DNA of 64,000 nt, taken from sequence record OK283619.1. One strand, given 5' to 3'. The translations under genes were made by a program, and so were the position numbers. Below, one piece after another: positions 19,893-29,587 of the stretch. The DNA comes from Escherichia phage LPEK22. The notes under the pieces were generated by a model. That model had not been told where the DNA came from. It did not search any database and was given only the letters and a program-made list of their open reading frames with translations. How positions within the stretch are numbered: position 1 is the stretch's first letter; each line of letters begins with the position of its first letter.

Positions 19893-21086
19893 TTAGCTGG
19901 GGACAAACTCATTCACAGGGACATGTTCAGGTATTGATAATTCAGGACAAGCAGCTTTCATCGCTTCCAGATATGGCTTGCTACCCACGATCCAAAACAA
20001 TGAGTTCTCATTAAGCAATTCTGGTTTGTGTTCCTGTATCCATGTCATCACCTTCCCTTCATAACGAGGATGCAACTCAATATCTCCCCACTGGTAATCC
20101 ATGAGGTCGTTGTAACGAACCCAATTAGTGGTATGAAGATCCCAATGGTGTACCTCAAAGCGAGGAAGCACGATATCCGGCTCGTTCTTTGGCCTGATAC
20201 CACTTAGGAGGCCAGCCAGCGAAACGCTCTTAGAGGCATGCTGAAGATCCTTCTTACCATACACATAATCTGGGTTGTCGTGATAGCGACGAGTGAAATC
20301 AGTTATGTGAGGGAGGTTTGCTTGCTTACCGATAATGCGCAAACGACTTTCAATGAAATCTAATCGGTTAGGTCCAATCCCGATCAGATAGACATTCTTC
20401 AGATTTGGTTTCGGATGCATCGCTAAACCTGTCAGGATACTGGTGCATGAATTACAAGAACCAGCAGGAATGATCAGATCAGTGATATGGTCTGGGATAT
20501 TGGCAACCTGCTCGCCACCCAGCATATGGAATCCAGCAATGCGTTCTGGTGAATGAACGGTATGATCCAATGTAATGCCATATTCCAGATAATACGCCTT
20601 TGGATTTAATTGTTCAATGAGTTTCTTACAGCGCGGCTGAATGGTGCTATTGTAACCAGATCCAACAAAGTTGAACTCACTACCAAACCATGCTGACATT
20701 GAAACCATATCATGATTCATGCATGTGGTTGGTTTAGTGGCACCCAGCACAGTGGTTGTCTTGCCGCCGAAATGCCGTGAGACTGCCGTCGCCATAGGGG
20801 ACTGCGGACTACCAACTACAGTACCATGGATAAGATCTGGGGATCCTCCAGCTTTCAGATGCTCCATCATGAGCCAGATGGCCTGGCGGAGTTTGCTGCC
20901 ATTGATCCCCTGCTTGCCATTCATATAGCATGACAAAGGCGCGAAGTAATCTTCACGTTTGAACCAAACCTGCTGATTGGTTTCTGGATTGGCAATAAGT
21001 TCGCACGGGGTGTGTTTGTAGAGATAGTCTTCCCAGTGAACCAGATTACGGTCGAGGGAAAGGGTATCGAAGATGGTTTTGTTCAT
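19893..21086 (-). CDS. PLP-dependent enzyme (fold-type II, ACC-deaminase-like)
   Basis: 397 aa; N-terminal KREDYFAPLSCYMNGKQGINGSKLRQ resembles the ACC deaminase/D-cysteine desulfhydrase lysine-containing motif; AGGAG RBS. Confidence 0.55.
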   Translation of the reverse strand: MNKTIFDTLSLDRNLVHWEDYLYKHTPCELIANPETNQQVWFKREDYFAPLSCYMNGKQGINGSKLRQAIWLMMEHLKAGGSPDLIHGTVVGSPQSPMATAVSRHFGGKTTTVLGATKPTTCMNHDMVSMSAWFGSEFNFVGSGYNSTIQPRCKKLIEQLNPKAYYLEYGITLDHTVHSPERIAGFHMLGGEQVANIPDHITDLIIPAGSCNSCTSILTGLAMHPKPNLKNVYLIGIGPNRLDFIESRLRIIGKQANLPHITDFTRRYHDNPDYVYGKKDLQHASKSVSLAGLLSGIRPKNEPDIVLPRFEVHHWDLHTTNWVRYNDLMDYQWGDIELHPRYEGKVMTWIQEHKPELLNENSLFWIVGSKPYLEAMKAACPELSIPEHVPVNEFVPS

Positions 21087-21155
21087 TCTATTTCTCCTGT
21101 AGGCATTGGCTTATCATAGCGTATCTACAGGAGTATAGAAAAGGAGAATCTCGGA

Positions 21156-21857
21156 TTACTTCTTGAACAGACGAAGGAACTTCATCATGTTATCCATGAA
21201 AGTCGGCTTCTCGACCTTTTGTTTTACCGGAGCGCCCTGATCATTCAGAACACGACTGGCCGGAGGAGTAGGCGGTGTCGGGATTGAACTGTCATGTTTA
21301 ACAACCGGAGCACCACTGGCCAGAGGAGTTGGCTTCAAAGATTTAATTGCCTGATTCAAATCGGAATTATCCACGACACCCACTTCTTCACCGACCGTAA
21401 CGCATGGTTTGATCAGAACGGATTTCTTAGACTGCTCATACTGATGAGCGATGTCCAGATATTTCTTGCGCTCTGTGTAGAAATCAACATTCTTTACTTT
21501 ACGGCGGCGAGCAGTAGAACTCTCTTCACCATAGAAATCATAACCATTTTTGAATAACCAATTCACGGCTTGCTCAAATGTGTTGAACACCATATACAGA
21601 CCGCGTCGACCATTTACCATGTCGTCTTCGCTGGAATAACCAATGAATACCGCTTGCCCTTTCTTGTTGATATCAAAAGGAGTACACACACCAGTTTCTT
21701 CAAGTGATCGCGGAGCAAGATGCCCGTCCCGATAGATATATGCCGGATACAAGAACTCATTAAGAGTACGTTTGTTCCCTTTGTATGTGTACAGGCGAGC
21801 AAATGGAGGCAGGTCACAAACGACATCGTTGTAATCCCAAATCGTAACATTACGCAT
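21156..21857 (-). CDS. hypothetical protein
   Basis: 233-aa ORF; GAGGAAA RBS; Pro/Thr-rich linker PTPPTPPAS. Confidence 0.55.
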   Translation of the reverse strand: MRNVTIWDYNDVVCDLPPFARLYTYKGNKRTLNEFLYPAYIYRDGHLAPRSLEETGVCTPFDINKKGQAVFIGYSSEDDMVNGRRGLYMVFNTFEQAVNWLFKNGYDFYGEESSTARRRKVKNVDFYTERKKYLDIAHQYEQSKKSVLIKPCVTVGEEVGVVDNSDLNQAIKSLKPTPLASGAPVVKHDSSIPTPPTPPASRVLNDQGAPVKQKVEKPTFMDNMMKFLRLFKK

Positions 21858-21928
21858 GTTGTTTCCTCAAATCAATGAAGGGGTTTATAAACGGTTAAAT
21901 TTTAAACCCCTTATTCTCATTGAACAAA

Positions 21929-22447
21929 TCAAATACTAGTCATATAGAGTGGGACAACCTGCTCAGCGATCAACACGACCTCGGTAATGGTAAAGTCACC
22001 ACCATAAGAGTACAGTTTCATTTGCGCTCCGTTGGTCGCCAGGTTCCCATCCTTGTCAACGCTGAAGAATGTAATGAAAGACAAAGTGTCCGGCGGCGGT
22101 ACGCTAGCATCACGACTTCTTGATAACTGGTTCCCCACAGAACCCACAAAATCTAATATCATGGTTCTATTAGAAGTAGACCCAGACCATGATCCGACAA
22201 TATTAACCTTCACCGGAAGAATAGAATCATAGGGAAACGCATGAAATTTGTGATCTGATAATTTAAAAAACGGGGCTAAACCAGTAGGAGAAGAAGGGTT
22301 CGGAGTCTTCCCATCCAACACAGTTAATAAATCTATTCCAGTTGCCCCAGAAGTTAGCAGTTGTGACAACCCAGAAAATCTGACTTCTGTTTTAATGCGG
22401 TGGGTCTGAAGCATATTCCCCAAATAGGGAGATGTCAAAATAGCCAT
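21929..22447 (-). CDS. hypothetical protein
   Basis: 172-aa ORF; AAGGAGG RBS. Confidence 0.55.
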   Translation of the reverse strand: MAILTSPYLGNMLQTHRIKTEVRFSGLSQLLTSGATGIDLLTVLDGKTPNPSSPTGLAPFFKLSDHKFHAFPYDSILPVKVNIVGSWSGSTSNRTMILDFVGSVGNQLSRSRDASVPPPDTLSFITFFSVDKDGNLATNGAQMKLYSYGGDFTITEVVLIAEQVVPLYMTSI

Positions 22448-22456
22448 ACCCCCTCC

Positions 22457-22690
22457 TTAAGAAACGATAACTGTCGCATCAGAATTAATTGCCTTAACCC
22501 AACCCACCGTCGGCGGGGTTAAAACGACCATATTTCCTTGATATACGATGTGCGCGTTGTTACCCGTTGGAATACTAGGGCTATCGCACAAATACACAGA
22601 ACCGTGAGTCACTTGAAGAGTTTTCAAAGATGTTCCGTCTGAGACTTGTGTCCATGTACTTGCGTTTGGTGTGATCTTAGCAGTTGCCAT
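22457..22690 (-). CDS. hypothetical protein
   Basis: 77-aa ORF; AAGGAGG RBS. Confidence 0.5.
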   Translation of the reverse strand: MATAKITPNASTWTQVSDGTSLKTLQVTHGSVYLCDSPSIPTGNNAHIVYQGNMVVLTPPTVGWVKAINSDATVIVS

Positions 22691-22735
22691 AATAGACCTC
22701 CTTTACAAGTCAGATCTATTTATTATAGACAAAAA

Positions 22736-22760
22736 GAAGCCCGATCTTCCTGATCGGGCT
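22736..22760 (-). terminator. intrinsic terminator closing the tRNA-cluster transcript
   Basis: AGCCCGATC-loop-GATCGGGCT hairpin followed by UUCUUUUUGU on the minus-strand RNA. Confidence 0.5.
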
Positions 22761-22986
22761 ATGTTAAACCATCGTGGGGATGGAAAGACTACTCACAGCA
22801 ATTTCTAGTATTAGGCGTTTGGGAGAGTGCGTCGGGAATCGAACCCGAAACCGTCAGGACAATGAAAAGCTATTGCATTTCACCTTGCATATCCTCCGGC
22901 TTTCTTAACTTCCTTAACCCCAGATTGTTATGAAGTCAGCATGCACACCTTCTTCATCTTCAGGAAGTCACACTCATTATTCTGAT

Positions 22987-23071
22987 TGCTTCAACTGGAT
23001 TCGAACCAGTGACCTCAGGCACCTTGTTCTCTCGAAACTTTCCTGCGCTCTACCACTCGAGCTATGAAGCA
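22987..23071 (-). tRNA. tRNA-like element, atypical (85 nt)
   Basis: Perfect 7-bp acceptor stem (TGCTTCA/TGAAGCA), canonical D-arm (GCTC-GAGTGGTA-GAGC) and T-arm (ACTGG-TTCGAAT-CCAGT), but no standard 5-bp/7-nt anticodon arm. Confidence 0.35.
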
Positions 23072-23074
23072 ATT

Positions 23075-23163
23075 TGGCGGAAGGTGAAGGATTCGAACCT
23101 TCGGGGGCTAAAAGCCCCACTCGATTAGCAGTCGAGTCCCTTAAACCTCTCGGGCAACCTTCC
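23075..23163 (-). tRNA. tRNA-Ser (anticodon GCU), type II with long variable arm
   Basis: Hand fold of reverse complement: acceptor GGAAGGT/ACCTTCC, anticodon stem CTCGA/TCGAG, loop CUGCUAA, variable hairpin GGGGC-TTTTA-GCCCC, T-arm GAAGG-TTCGAAT-CCTTC, encoded CCA. Confidence 0.6.
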
Positions 23164-23989
23164 GTATACTGCGCTTCGGTCAAGAATTTCCAAGCCATGA
23201 CCTAAATCTGGGTTCTTGACCTGACCGAAACGACTTATTGGTGCTCGTTAGAGGATTTGAACCCCAGCACTCTGGTGATCAACCCAGAGAGTCGCGCCTC
23301 ATCCATTTGTTAGCCTAAACGAGTCTTGCAAAACCCGCACCGACCGTCTACAAACAGACTGCTTGACCGAGCGTAATATGGACGGGCTTCACACCCGATT
23401 GTGCATTTGATCTGCCGTAGCCCAACTCCCCGCGCTTATCAGCGCCGATTGGTTAACTGACACCAGTGCCTTCTGGTTCGATCTCCTGGAACTTTACAGG
23501 CTTCGCGCCCGACCATTTCTGGAAGTTGGGGCATCGTTTCCGATGTGGAGTCACCCCATTTTATACACAGCTGGCTGCAACGCTTACTGTGTTTGGTCTA
23601 CCACCACGTGCTGGGCCACGCTTGAGGACATCGGCCATCCTTCCTCAGCTAATCCACGCGGTGGTAGATTTTGTATCAGAGTGTCCGGTGTAGCTTTCCG
23701 TGAGGTGCGCACTACTGTAGCCTCTACACTCTGAATTTGGTGGGCGTTACTTTCGTCGGGTTCAGATTCCGTTCGGCTATTAGACGTCGCTCGAGAGAAC
23801 TTGTCGTTCGCGTACTTCGTGCTTACTTGCTTTCGTTTCACACCCATTGTTTGTCGTCGGGCGGGGGATTCAAACCCCAATCTTTAGTTTGTGTTTCTTC
23901 AAAGCTATCATATGTTCACTTTGAATACTAGACTCCCCTGGACATCAAAACAGAATCTCTATTCCATCCTGCAAGACCCGACATAATCC

Positions 23990-24065
23990 TGGCGACGATG
24001 ACAGGACTTGAACCTGCGACATACGATTTAACAGACCGCCGTTCTACCGACTGAACTACATCGTC
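23990..24065 (-). tRNA. tRNA-Asn (anticodon GUU)
   Basis: Hand fold: acceptor GACGATG/CATCGTC, D-arm GTTC-AGTCGGTA-GAAC, anticodon loop CUGUUAA, T-arm GCAGG-TTCAAGT-CCTGT, encoded CCA; close to E. coli tRNA-Asn. Confidence 0.6.
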
Positions 24066-24480
24066 TCTATTCTTACTTTCGTAAACACTCTTTATTCTGC
24101 ATGAAGATCCAGGGCAGGATCATAACGATCGTAAGTTTTTGGATGAGACCCGTTCTTGATGCTCACCATCCGACCTTCCCAACTAGCGCGAATTCTGTTG
24201 GAAATCACCACCCAAATATTCTTCATAATATAGAACCCTTCAACTATGTTTATTCGCTTCGATCGCCCTTAATTGGGCGTCCGCGTCAGCTTTGGTGCCA
24301 TGTGTCCCAAGAACATTAGTCTTGGTGTGGTCAAGGACAACCCACTTATCGCCTCGCTTTTCAACAAACTCAACAATCTCTTTGTTGTCGGTAGCGAGAC
24401 CATCCCACTCAGTAAGAAAATCACCGAACGTTTTCATCATACTCACCAATTGTTTATTGAACAACTGGTTTATTTAGTGG

Positions 24481-24556
24481 TGACCCTGGCTGGACTTGAA
24501 CCAGCGACCAATCGATTATGAGTCGACTGCTCTAACCACTGAGCTACGGGGCCAAA
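24481..24556 (-). tRNA. tRNA-Met (anticodon CAU; Met or Ile2)
   Basis: Hand fold: D-arm GCTC-AGTGGTTA-GAGC, anticodon stem GTCGA/TCGAT with loop CUCAUAA, T-arm GCTGG-TTCAAGT-CCAGC, encoded CCA. Confidence 0.6.
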
Positions 24557-26144
24557 ATTTGGCGGGGTCTGAGGATTTTCACCTCTCCTTGCTGGTTTGG
24601 CCGCCAGCCTGTTCTCTCTGGGGACTCGCTGTCCGGACAGCTGTCCCTTAAACTATCGCCCCATAATTTATTGTGTGACCAACCAAGGTCTCTCAACCCT
24701 TTATCCCGTTTGTGCATGATCAGTTCATGCATGCCTGTTTGTGCGCCTCACGGCAACGCGCTTCTGTGGGTCTTTGGCTTGCACCGTAGCCTCACCACAG
24801 GCGTTTATTTTTCCAGGGCTTTCCACTTGCAAGTCTTGACCATACAGGGATACGGGCTTGCAAGATCGGGTTGGACACAACTTTGATGGCTCTGGTACTA
24901 AAGATCCCGCGTCACCCATAGACATGGTTTATGAAATCCAGAGCCATCAAAGTTGCAACCAAATGTCACAACTCGCATTCAATGTCTTCGTCACACCGAA
25001 TACTTGTCCTCTATCGCTCGGACCAAACGAGGCTGGCCGACAGAAACATAACACCACTCATCACTAGAGCGAGGATGTGGTTGATGGCCACGATGTAATG
25101 TCTCTATCGAAGAGTGATCACACTTGTCAGATGATCACTGTTTTGCGAACTCGAGAATACTGCGCCTGTCTCGGGTTTCCCCTTAGTTCGGCCTCTCATT
25201 GTTCGTCTAGTCAGGGAGCTACCCTTGATGACCAGCTTATATTGAGATCTTCGCCAGCGCCCACCAGTGTCTAGAATGTGTAGGCGTCGAGGTCTGCAAG
25301 GCATTGCCCTATTTCATACAACGCTCTCTCAAGTACGCAAATCGAAGTTCTCTGGGCTTAACAGGTTCGACCCAACATGTTGTATATCGCCTAACTTACT
25401 CATGGGACGGCCACTTCTGTGTACAGACCTTGAGGGTTAAAAGATATACCCAGAGAACTTCGATTTGCGTTGCCCTTCACTTGCCAGAGATCAGGGCAAT
25501 TGGTAAGACTTCGCTCACATCTTAGAGGACACTGCACGGGACTCGAACCCGCCACGAACATTTGGCGCCAAATGCTTCCACCTGTCAATGTCCTCTAAGA
25601 TGTGGAGCCGTTTTAGGGAGTCGAACCCAAATGCTTGGCCAGCGCTGACCTTACATCCCATCTGACTTAGGCAACCCACCTCTGCCTACTCAGGAGCTTA
25701 TCCCCTTTGGACAGTCAGATATAACGGCTTTGGGATTGGAGGAAGGACTCGAACCTTCTCATGTACGCTCCTGATTTCTCAGAAGTAGTCTGCTCCCATC
25801 GACCTATTAAGTACACGCTCCGCTCATTGTCGGCGGGAGATTATTAATCACACCCTCCCGCCTATTTTAGTGCGCCGAATTTTGTTATGAGGAATCGGAA
25901 GACCTCACTGGTGTATGGCTATTAAGCTACTGCCAGGAACGTGTTATCATTAGCGATTATTTTTGTGGTCAGTTTCTAAAAACCCGCAAAGTCACGCACA
26001 ACGAAAACGAAAACCTGTTTGAGTCCTAAACCTACCTGTCTTGGTCTCACATCGCTATGAGTGGCCAGGACTCAAACAGCTTGCCGTTCAGTGAGTTAAC
26101 TATACTTTGTAACCCGTTATTGATAAAACCTTTTATTTTTGTTG

Positions 26145-26244
26145 ACGAGGGTGTGGAATCGAACCACACTTCTGAGCGCTGCCCCGTGTCACCAATGCAC
26201 CACCTCACCATCGATTTGCCGGAACTTACGCATCCGGCCTCGTC
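26145..26244 (-). ncRNA. tRNA-like element, about 100 nt
   Basis: 6-bp acceptor-type stem (ACGAGG/CCTCGT) plus T-arm GTGTGG-TTCGATT-CCACAC, but about 25 nt too long for a tRNA; inner hairpin CCGGA-N9-TCCGG. Confidence 0.3.
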
Positions 26245-26872
26245 CTGTCGGTGTTCTTCTGAATCCGGGAAGATCAGCAGGAACTATGAATCAAGTTAAT
26301 TCAACCAACAGGAATCCTCTTGTTGCCCTTTGACGCAACATTATGAACCCTCTATGAAGATTCATAATGTTGTCGGCGTGATGGAGATTAGCGCCCCCGA
26401 CCTCCCCTTATATGTTGGTGTCGACTTGCCAACGGGGTGCTCTCGTTTTTCTGAGCTAATCACGCTACAACAGGGAGTTTCGTTCTCCGACGGTCAAGTG
26501 CGTCCACTGACACCAGCGAGGTGGCTATTACGCCTCTATTCACACAAGCCCCTGAGACTAGGGGTTAACTGGTTTTGGGCTGCAAACCCGACTCCCACTG
26601 TGTTATTTCCCTCATGTTTAATACTTTACCGCAGCCCAGCTAATTTGAAAAGTCCTCTCCCCTTTGAGCTACACTGCCCACAGCAGTGCGGACGAACCTT
26701 CACTCAAAACCGGATGCGCCGAAGTGGGCAACTGTTTACCGGACTGATCAGGTAGACCCAGGAGAGAGCAGGTAATCCCGATCAGGAGGATGAGGAGTAA
26801 CATCATGTAAAACATAGTGTTCCCTCCCTTCCATGCAACTAACTTTACTACAATTATTTATTGAATAAAGCG

Positions 26873-27442
26873 TTATTTTAACACTTCTAACTTCACAACA
26901 CGACGCAGAAGGTAAACATATTCGCCAGCAGCTTCATGCGTCATATAATGGGTAGAAGGTGTGGAATGATTGTTCTGGGTTTCTTTTAATCCAACACGTT
27001 CTACCCAACCATTAATAGAGTTCCCATAGAAACCGATAATCGCGCCAAAATAAATGCGCTGGCTTTCTGGCTCTAAAACATAGTTGACAGTGAAGCAAAT
27101 ATCAGAACGAATAGACTCCAGTTTCATACCAACACGACCTTCGGAGAATTCGTTACGAACATATAAATGACGGAAACGATCGCGCCGCGCTTGTGATGAT
27201 TCTTCCAATTCTTGTCGAAGTGAAGAAGTTACGTCAATATTAAATGAAAATGTTGGATTTTGTAAATCAGAACGGGCCAACTCTAACGCAGATTCAACAA
27301 CGCGACGGAAATTGATACTTTTACCTGTCAGGCGTTTCACTTCATCTGTGATTGTTCCAAAAGGGATTTTCGTGGCGCGTTCCCCTTCGTATTTTGCCAA
27401 TAAAGGAATAATGTGTTTCATGATTGCTGTGTTAATGTGCAT
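26873..27442 (-). CDS. hypothetical protein
   Basis: 189-aa minus-strand ORF isolated between the tRNA cluster and the late operon. Confidence 0.5.
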   Translation of the reverse strand: MHINTAIMKHIIPLLAKYEGERATKIPFGTITDEVKRLTGKSINFRRVVESALELARSDLQNPTFSFNIDVTSSLRQELEESSQARRDRFRHLYVRNEFSEGRVGMKLESIRSDICFTVNYVLEPESQRIYFGAIIGFYGNSINGWVERVGLKETQNNHSTPSTHYMTHEAAGEYVYLLRRVVKLEVLK

Positions 27443-27758
27443 TCCGGAGCCTCACCGAATTGATTAAATGTCTCCATTATTATATTGGAGATACGTTTAT
27501 TGAATATAAACGCAGGAATGGCCAATAAAATAATGACAGTGATTATTAATAGGTAAAAACTACTTTTCTACAACATCAAGAAACTGTATCTTAACGCGGT
27601 GCCCTTCGAGTTGTGAGTGTTAACGAACAACGAGAAGCAGCCTCCATGGCTGTGGAATGGGACTGCCTGTCAAGGCGGTGTTACGAGCGAGGGCGTCAGC
27701 CCCCTCGCGAGTATATTCGAATAAATTAAACGCGCGCGAGCGTTTTGATTCCCGTTGG

Positions 27759-27766
27759 CTAAATAT
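27759..27766 (+). promoter_or_regulatory. late promoter motif CTAAATAT
   Basis: CTAAATAT about 40 nt upstream of the first late gene; same motif recurs before other late genes. Confidence 0.45.
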
Positions 27767-27805
27767 CTTCAACACCATATTCAAACTCAGGTGATGGAGA
27801 TTATC

Positions 27806-29587
27806 ATGGCCACGCAAACAGTTCCTTCACTCGACGTCAGAGCATTTGAATACATTATTAAACAGCGAATGAAAGCTGATCCCACCTTTAAAGATTATGA
27901 CTTTGAAGGTTCTGGTCTTAGTGCGATTATTCGTTTGTTGGCATCTGACGCGAACGCCATAGCCTTTATGCAAAACATGCTTAATGGTGAAGGCCATTTG
28001 AAGACAGCAAATCAACGTTCAAACGTCGGTTTATCTGCTGCATTTCTTTCCTACACGCCTGACAACTATCGGGCAGCATACATGTATGTCAACATCAAAG
28101 TTACGCCTTATGACGCCAGCACAGCCCCCAATGAGATCATCATGGATCGGCGCGTAATGTTCGTTGGGGCAAAAGACGGCAGTTCCTACAACTTTACTGT
28201 TGAGAAACCAGTGTCGGCAACGTTGACTGCAGACGGTTATTACATGTTCAACAATGTAAAGTTGGTACAGGGGAATTGGTTGTACAAGACATATGATGTT
28301 GAAGGAAGCGCGATTTCAACATATACGATTCCTTCTGGGAATGTCGATATCAATCATATGGTCGTGCAAGTACAAGAATCAGAGTCTTCCGACGTTTCGA
28401 CGACATATCAACGTTACAACAGTCCATTTGATCTGAGCCAATATGCCTACCTGTATTTCGTAGAATTGGGTATTGATGGTCTGTATGTGTTTGAATTCGG
28501 AGATGGTTATCTTTCGCGTCGAGTAGAAGATGGGAACGTCATATTCCTTCAATACTTAGAAACTTCTGGTGCTGATGGGAATGATATTACAAGCCTGTCA
28601 TCAGCGTCATCCATAGGCGGGTTTAACCAGGTCGACGTAGAATTGGTTTCCGAACGTAGCGCAGGTGGAGACGATCCGGAATCTATTGAGGACACTAAAC
28701 GGTTGGCTCCTTTAGCTTATCAGGCTGATGGTGCGGCGGTTACAGAAACAGATTATGGTGTATTGACTGAAAGGTTATTCTCCAACGTCTCCCGAGCTAA
28801 ATCATATGGTGGTGACACGCTGTCTCCTCCTGATTCTGGCTATGTTTACATCGCTGTTATACCTTCTGTTGGTGAGACACTTTCGGACGCTGAGAAGGCC
28901 GATATCGTTGCTGCTCTGGACAAGTATAATGTGGGATCTATTACCCCCAAAGTGGTAGACTCCGAGATCACATATATCCAAGTCTCAACGACTATATTTT
29001 GGGATCCTACTTCTACAGTCTACGTTGAAGAACAGATGAAAGTTGTTGTTGGAAACAGTATCGTTAAATGGGGTGAAAATAATCTCGGCGGATTTGACCA
29101 ATTGTTTGACAAAGAAATATTGCAGGAAGCAATTACAAAAATGGAACGTTCTATCAACTCGAATATTACTTCAGTTGGTTATAAACGCCATTTTAAACCT
29201 GATTATGGAGTCTTAGACAGTTTCACATTCAGTTATGGACGAAGTATCAAACCTGGTTCTGTGAAAATAACGGGGTTCAAACCGCTTCCTGCCGAGGTGG
29301 ATTTCACTTACTACATGCGCGACAATAATGGCGATTTGAACATGTATAAAGTGAATAACAATGACACGACAAAAGAGTTTTTAGTTCAAAAAACAGGGGT
29401 TGTGGATTATGCAAATGGGGTTGTAGACCTTCAGCAGATCACGGTCTCTAACTATAACCCTGAAGGGGTGACCATAGTCGTGTTACCGGATGGACTGAAC
29501 CAGAACATACAGGCTACACAAAACCAAGTATTCAAGATTGGTGATGTGGTTGTTACGCCAGAGGTGCGCTATGTCCAAAGATCTTAA
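27806..29587 (+). CDS. baseplate wedge protein (gp6/Baseplate-J-like), putative
   Basis: 594 aa from ATG 27806 (GGAG RBS; MATQTVPSLD...); first gene of the late block; size and position fit a baseplate wedge subunit; no motif verified. Confidence 0.45.
   Translation: MATQTVPSLDVRAFEYIIKQRMKADPTFKDYDFEGSGLSAIIRLLASDANAIAFMQNMLNGEGHLKTANQRSNVGLSAAFLSYTPDNYRAAYMYVNIKVTPYDASTAPNEIIMDRRVMFVGAKDGSSYNFTVEKPVSATLTADGYYMFNNVKLVQGNWLYKTYDVEGSAISTYTIPSGNVDINHMVVQVQESESSDVSTTYQRYNSPFDLSQYAYLYFVELGIDGLYVFEFGDGYLSRRVEDGNVIFLQYLETSGADGNDITSLSSASSIGGFNQVDVELVSERSAGGDDPESIEDTKRLAPLAYQADGAAVTETDYGVLTERLFSNVSRAKSYGGDTLSPPDSGYVYIAVIPSVGETLSDAEKADIVAALDKYNVGSITPKVVDSEITYIQVSTTIFWDPTSTVYVEEQMKVVVGNSIVKWGENNLGGFDQLFDKEILQEAITKMERSINSNITSVGYKRHFKPDYGVLDSFTFSYGRSIKPGSVKITGFKPLPAEVDFTYYMRDNNGDLNMYKVNNNDTTKEFLVQKTGVVDYANGVVDLQQITVSNYNPEGVTIVVLPDGLNQNIQATQNQVFKIGDVVVTPEVRYVQRS

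Larger units (their letters stand above)
22780..26300 (-). other. non-coding cluster of tRNA genes and tRNA-like/structured RNA elements
   Basis: No credible long ORF on either strand; many minus-strand T-arm signatures (GGATTCGAACC, GGACTTGAACC, GGAATCGAACC), D-arm signatures, acceptor-like stems and long inverted repeats. Confidence 0.7.

Noticed and set aside
22825-22850. Possible tRNA at the T-arm signature TCGGG-TTCGATT-CCCGA
   Set aside because: No complementary 5' acceptor strand or D-arm within 100 nt; treated as a tRNA remnant.
23466-26755. About twenty plus- and minus-strand ORFs of 60-140 aa in the track across the tRNA region
   Set aside because: They overlap tRNA genes and tRNA-like elements, lack ribosome-binding sites, and have low-complexity Ser/Pro/Arg-rich translations typical of random frames.
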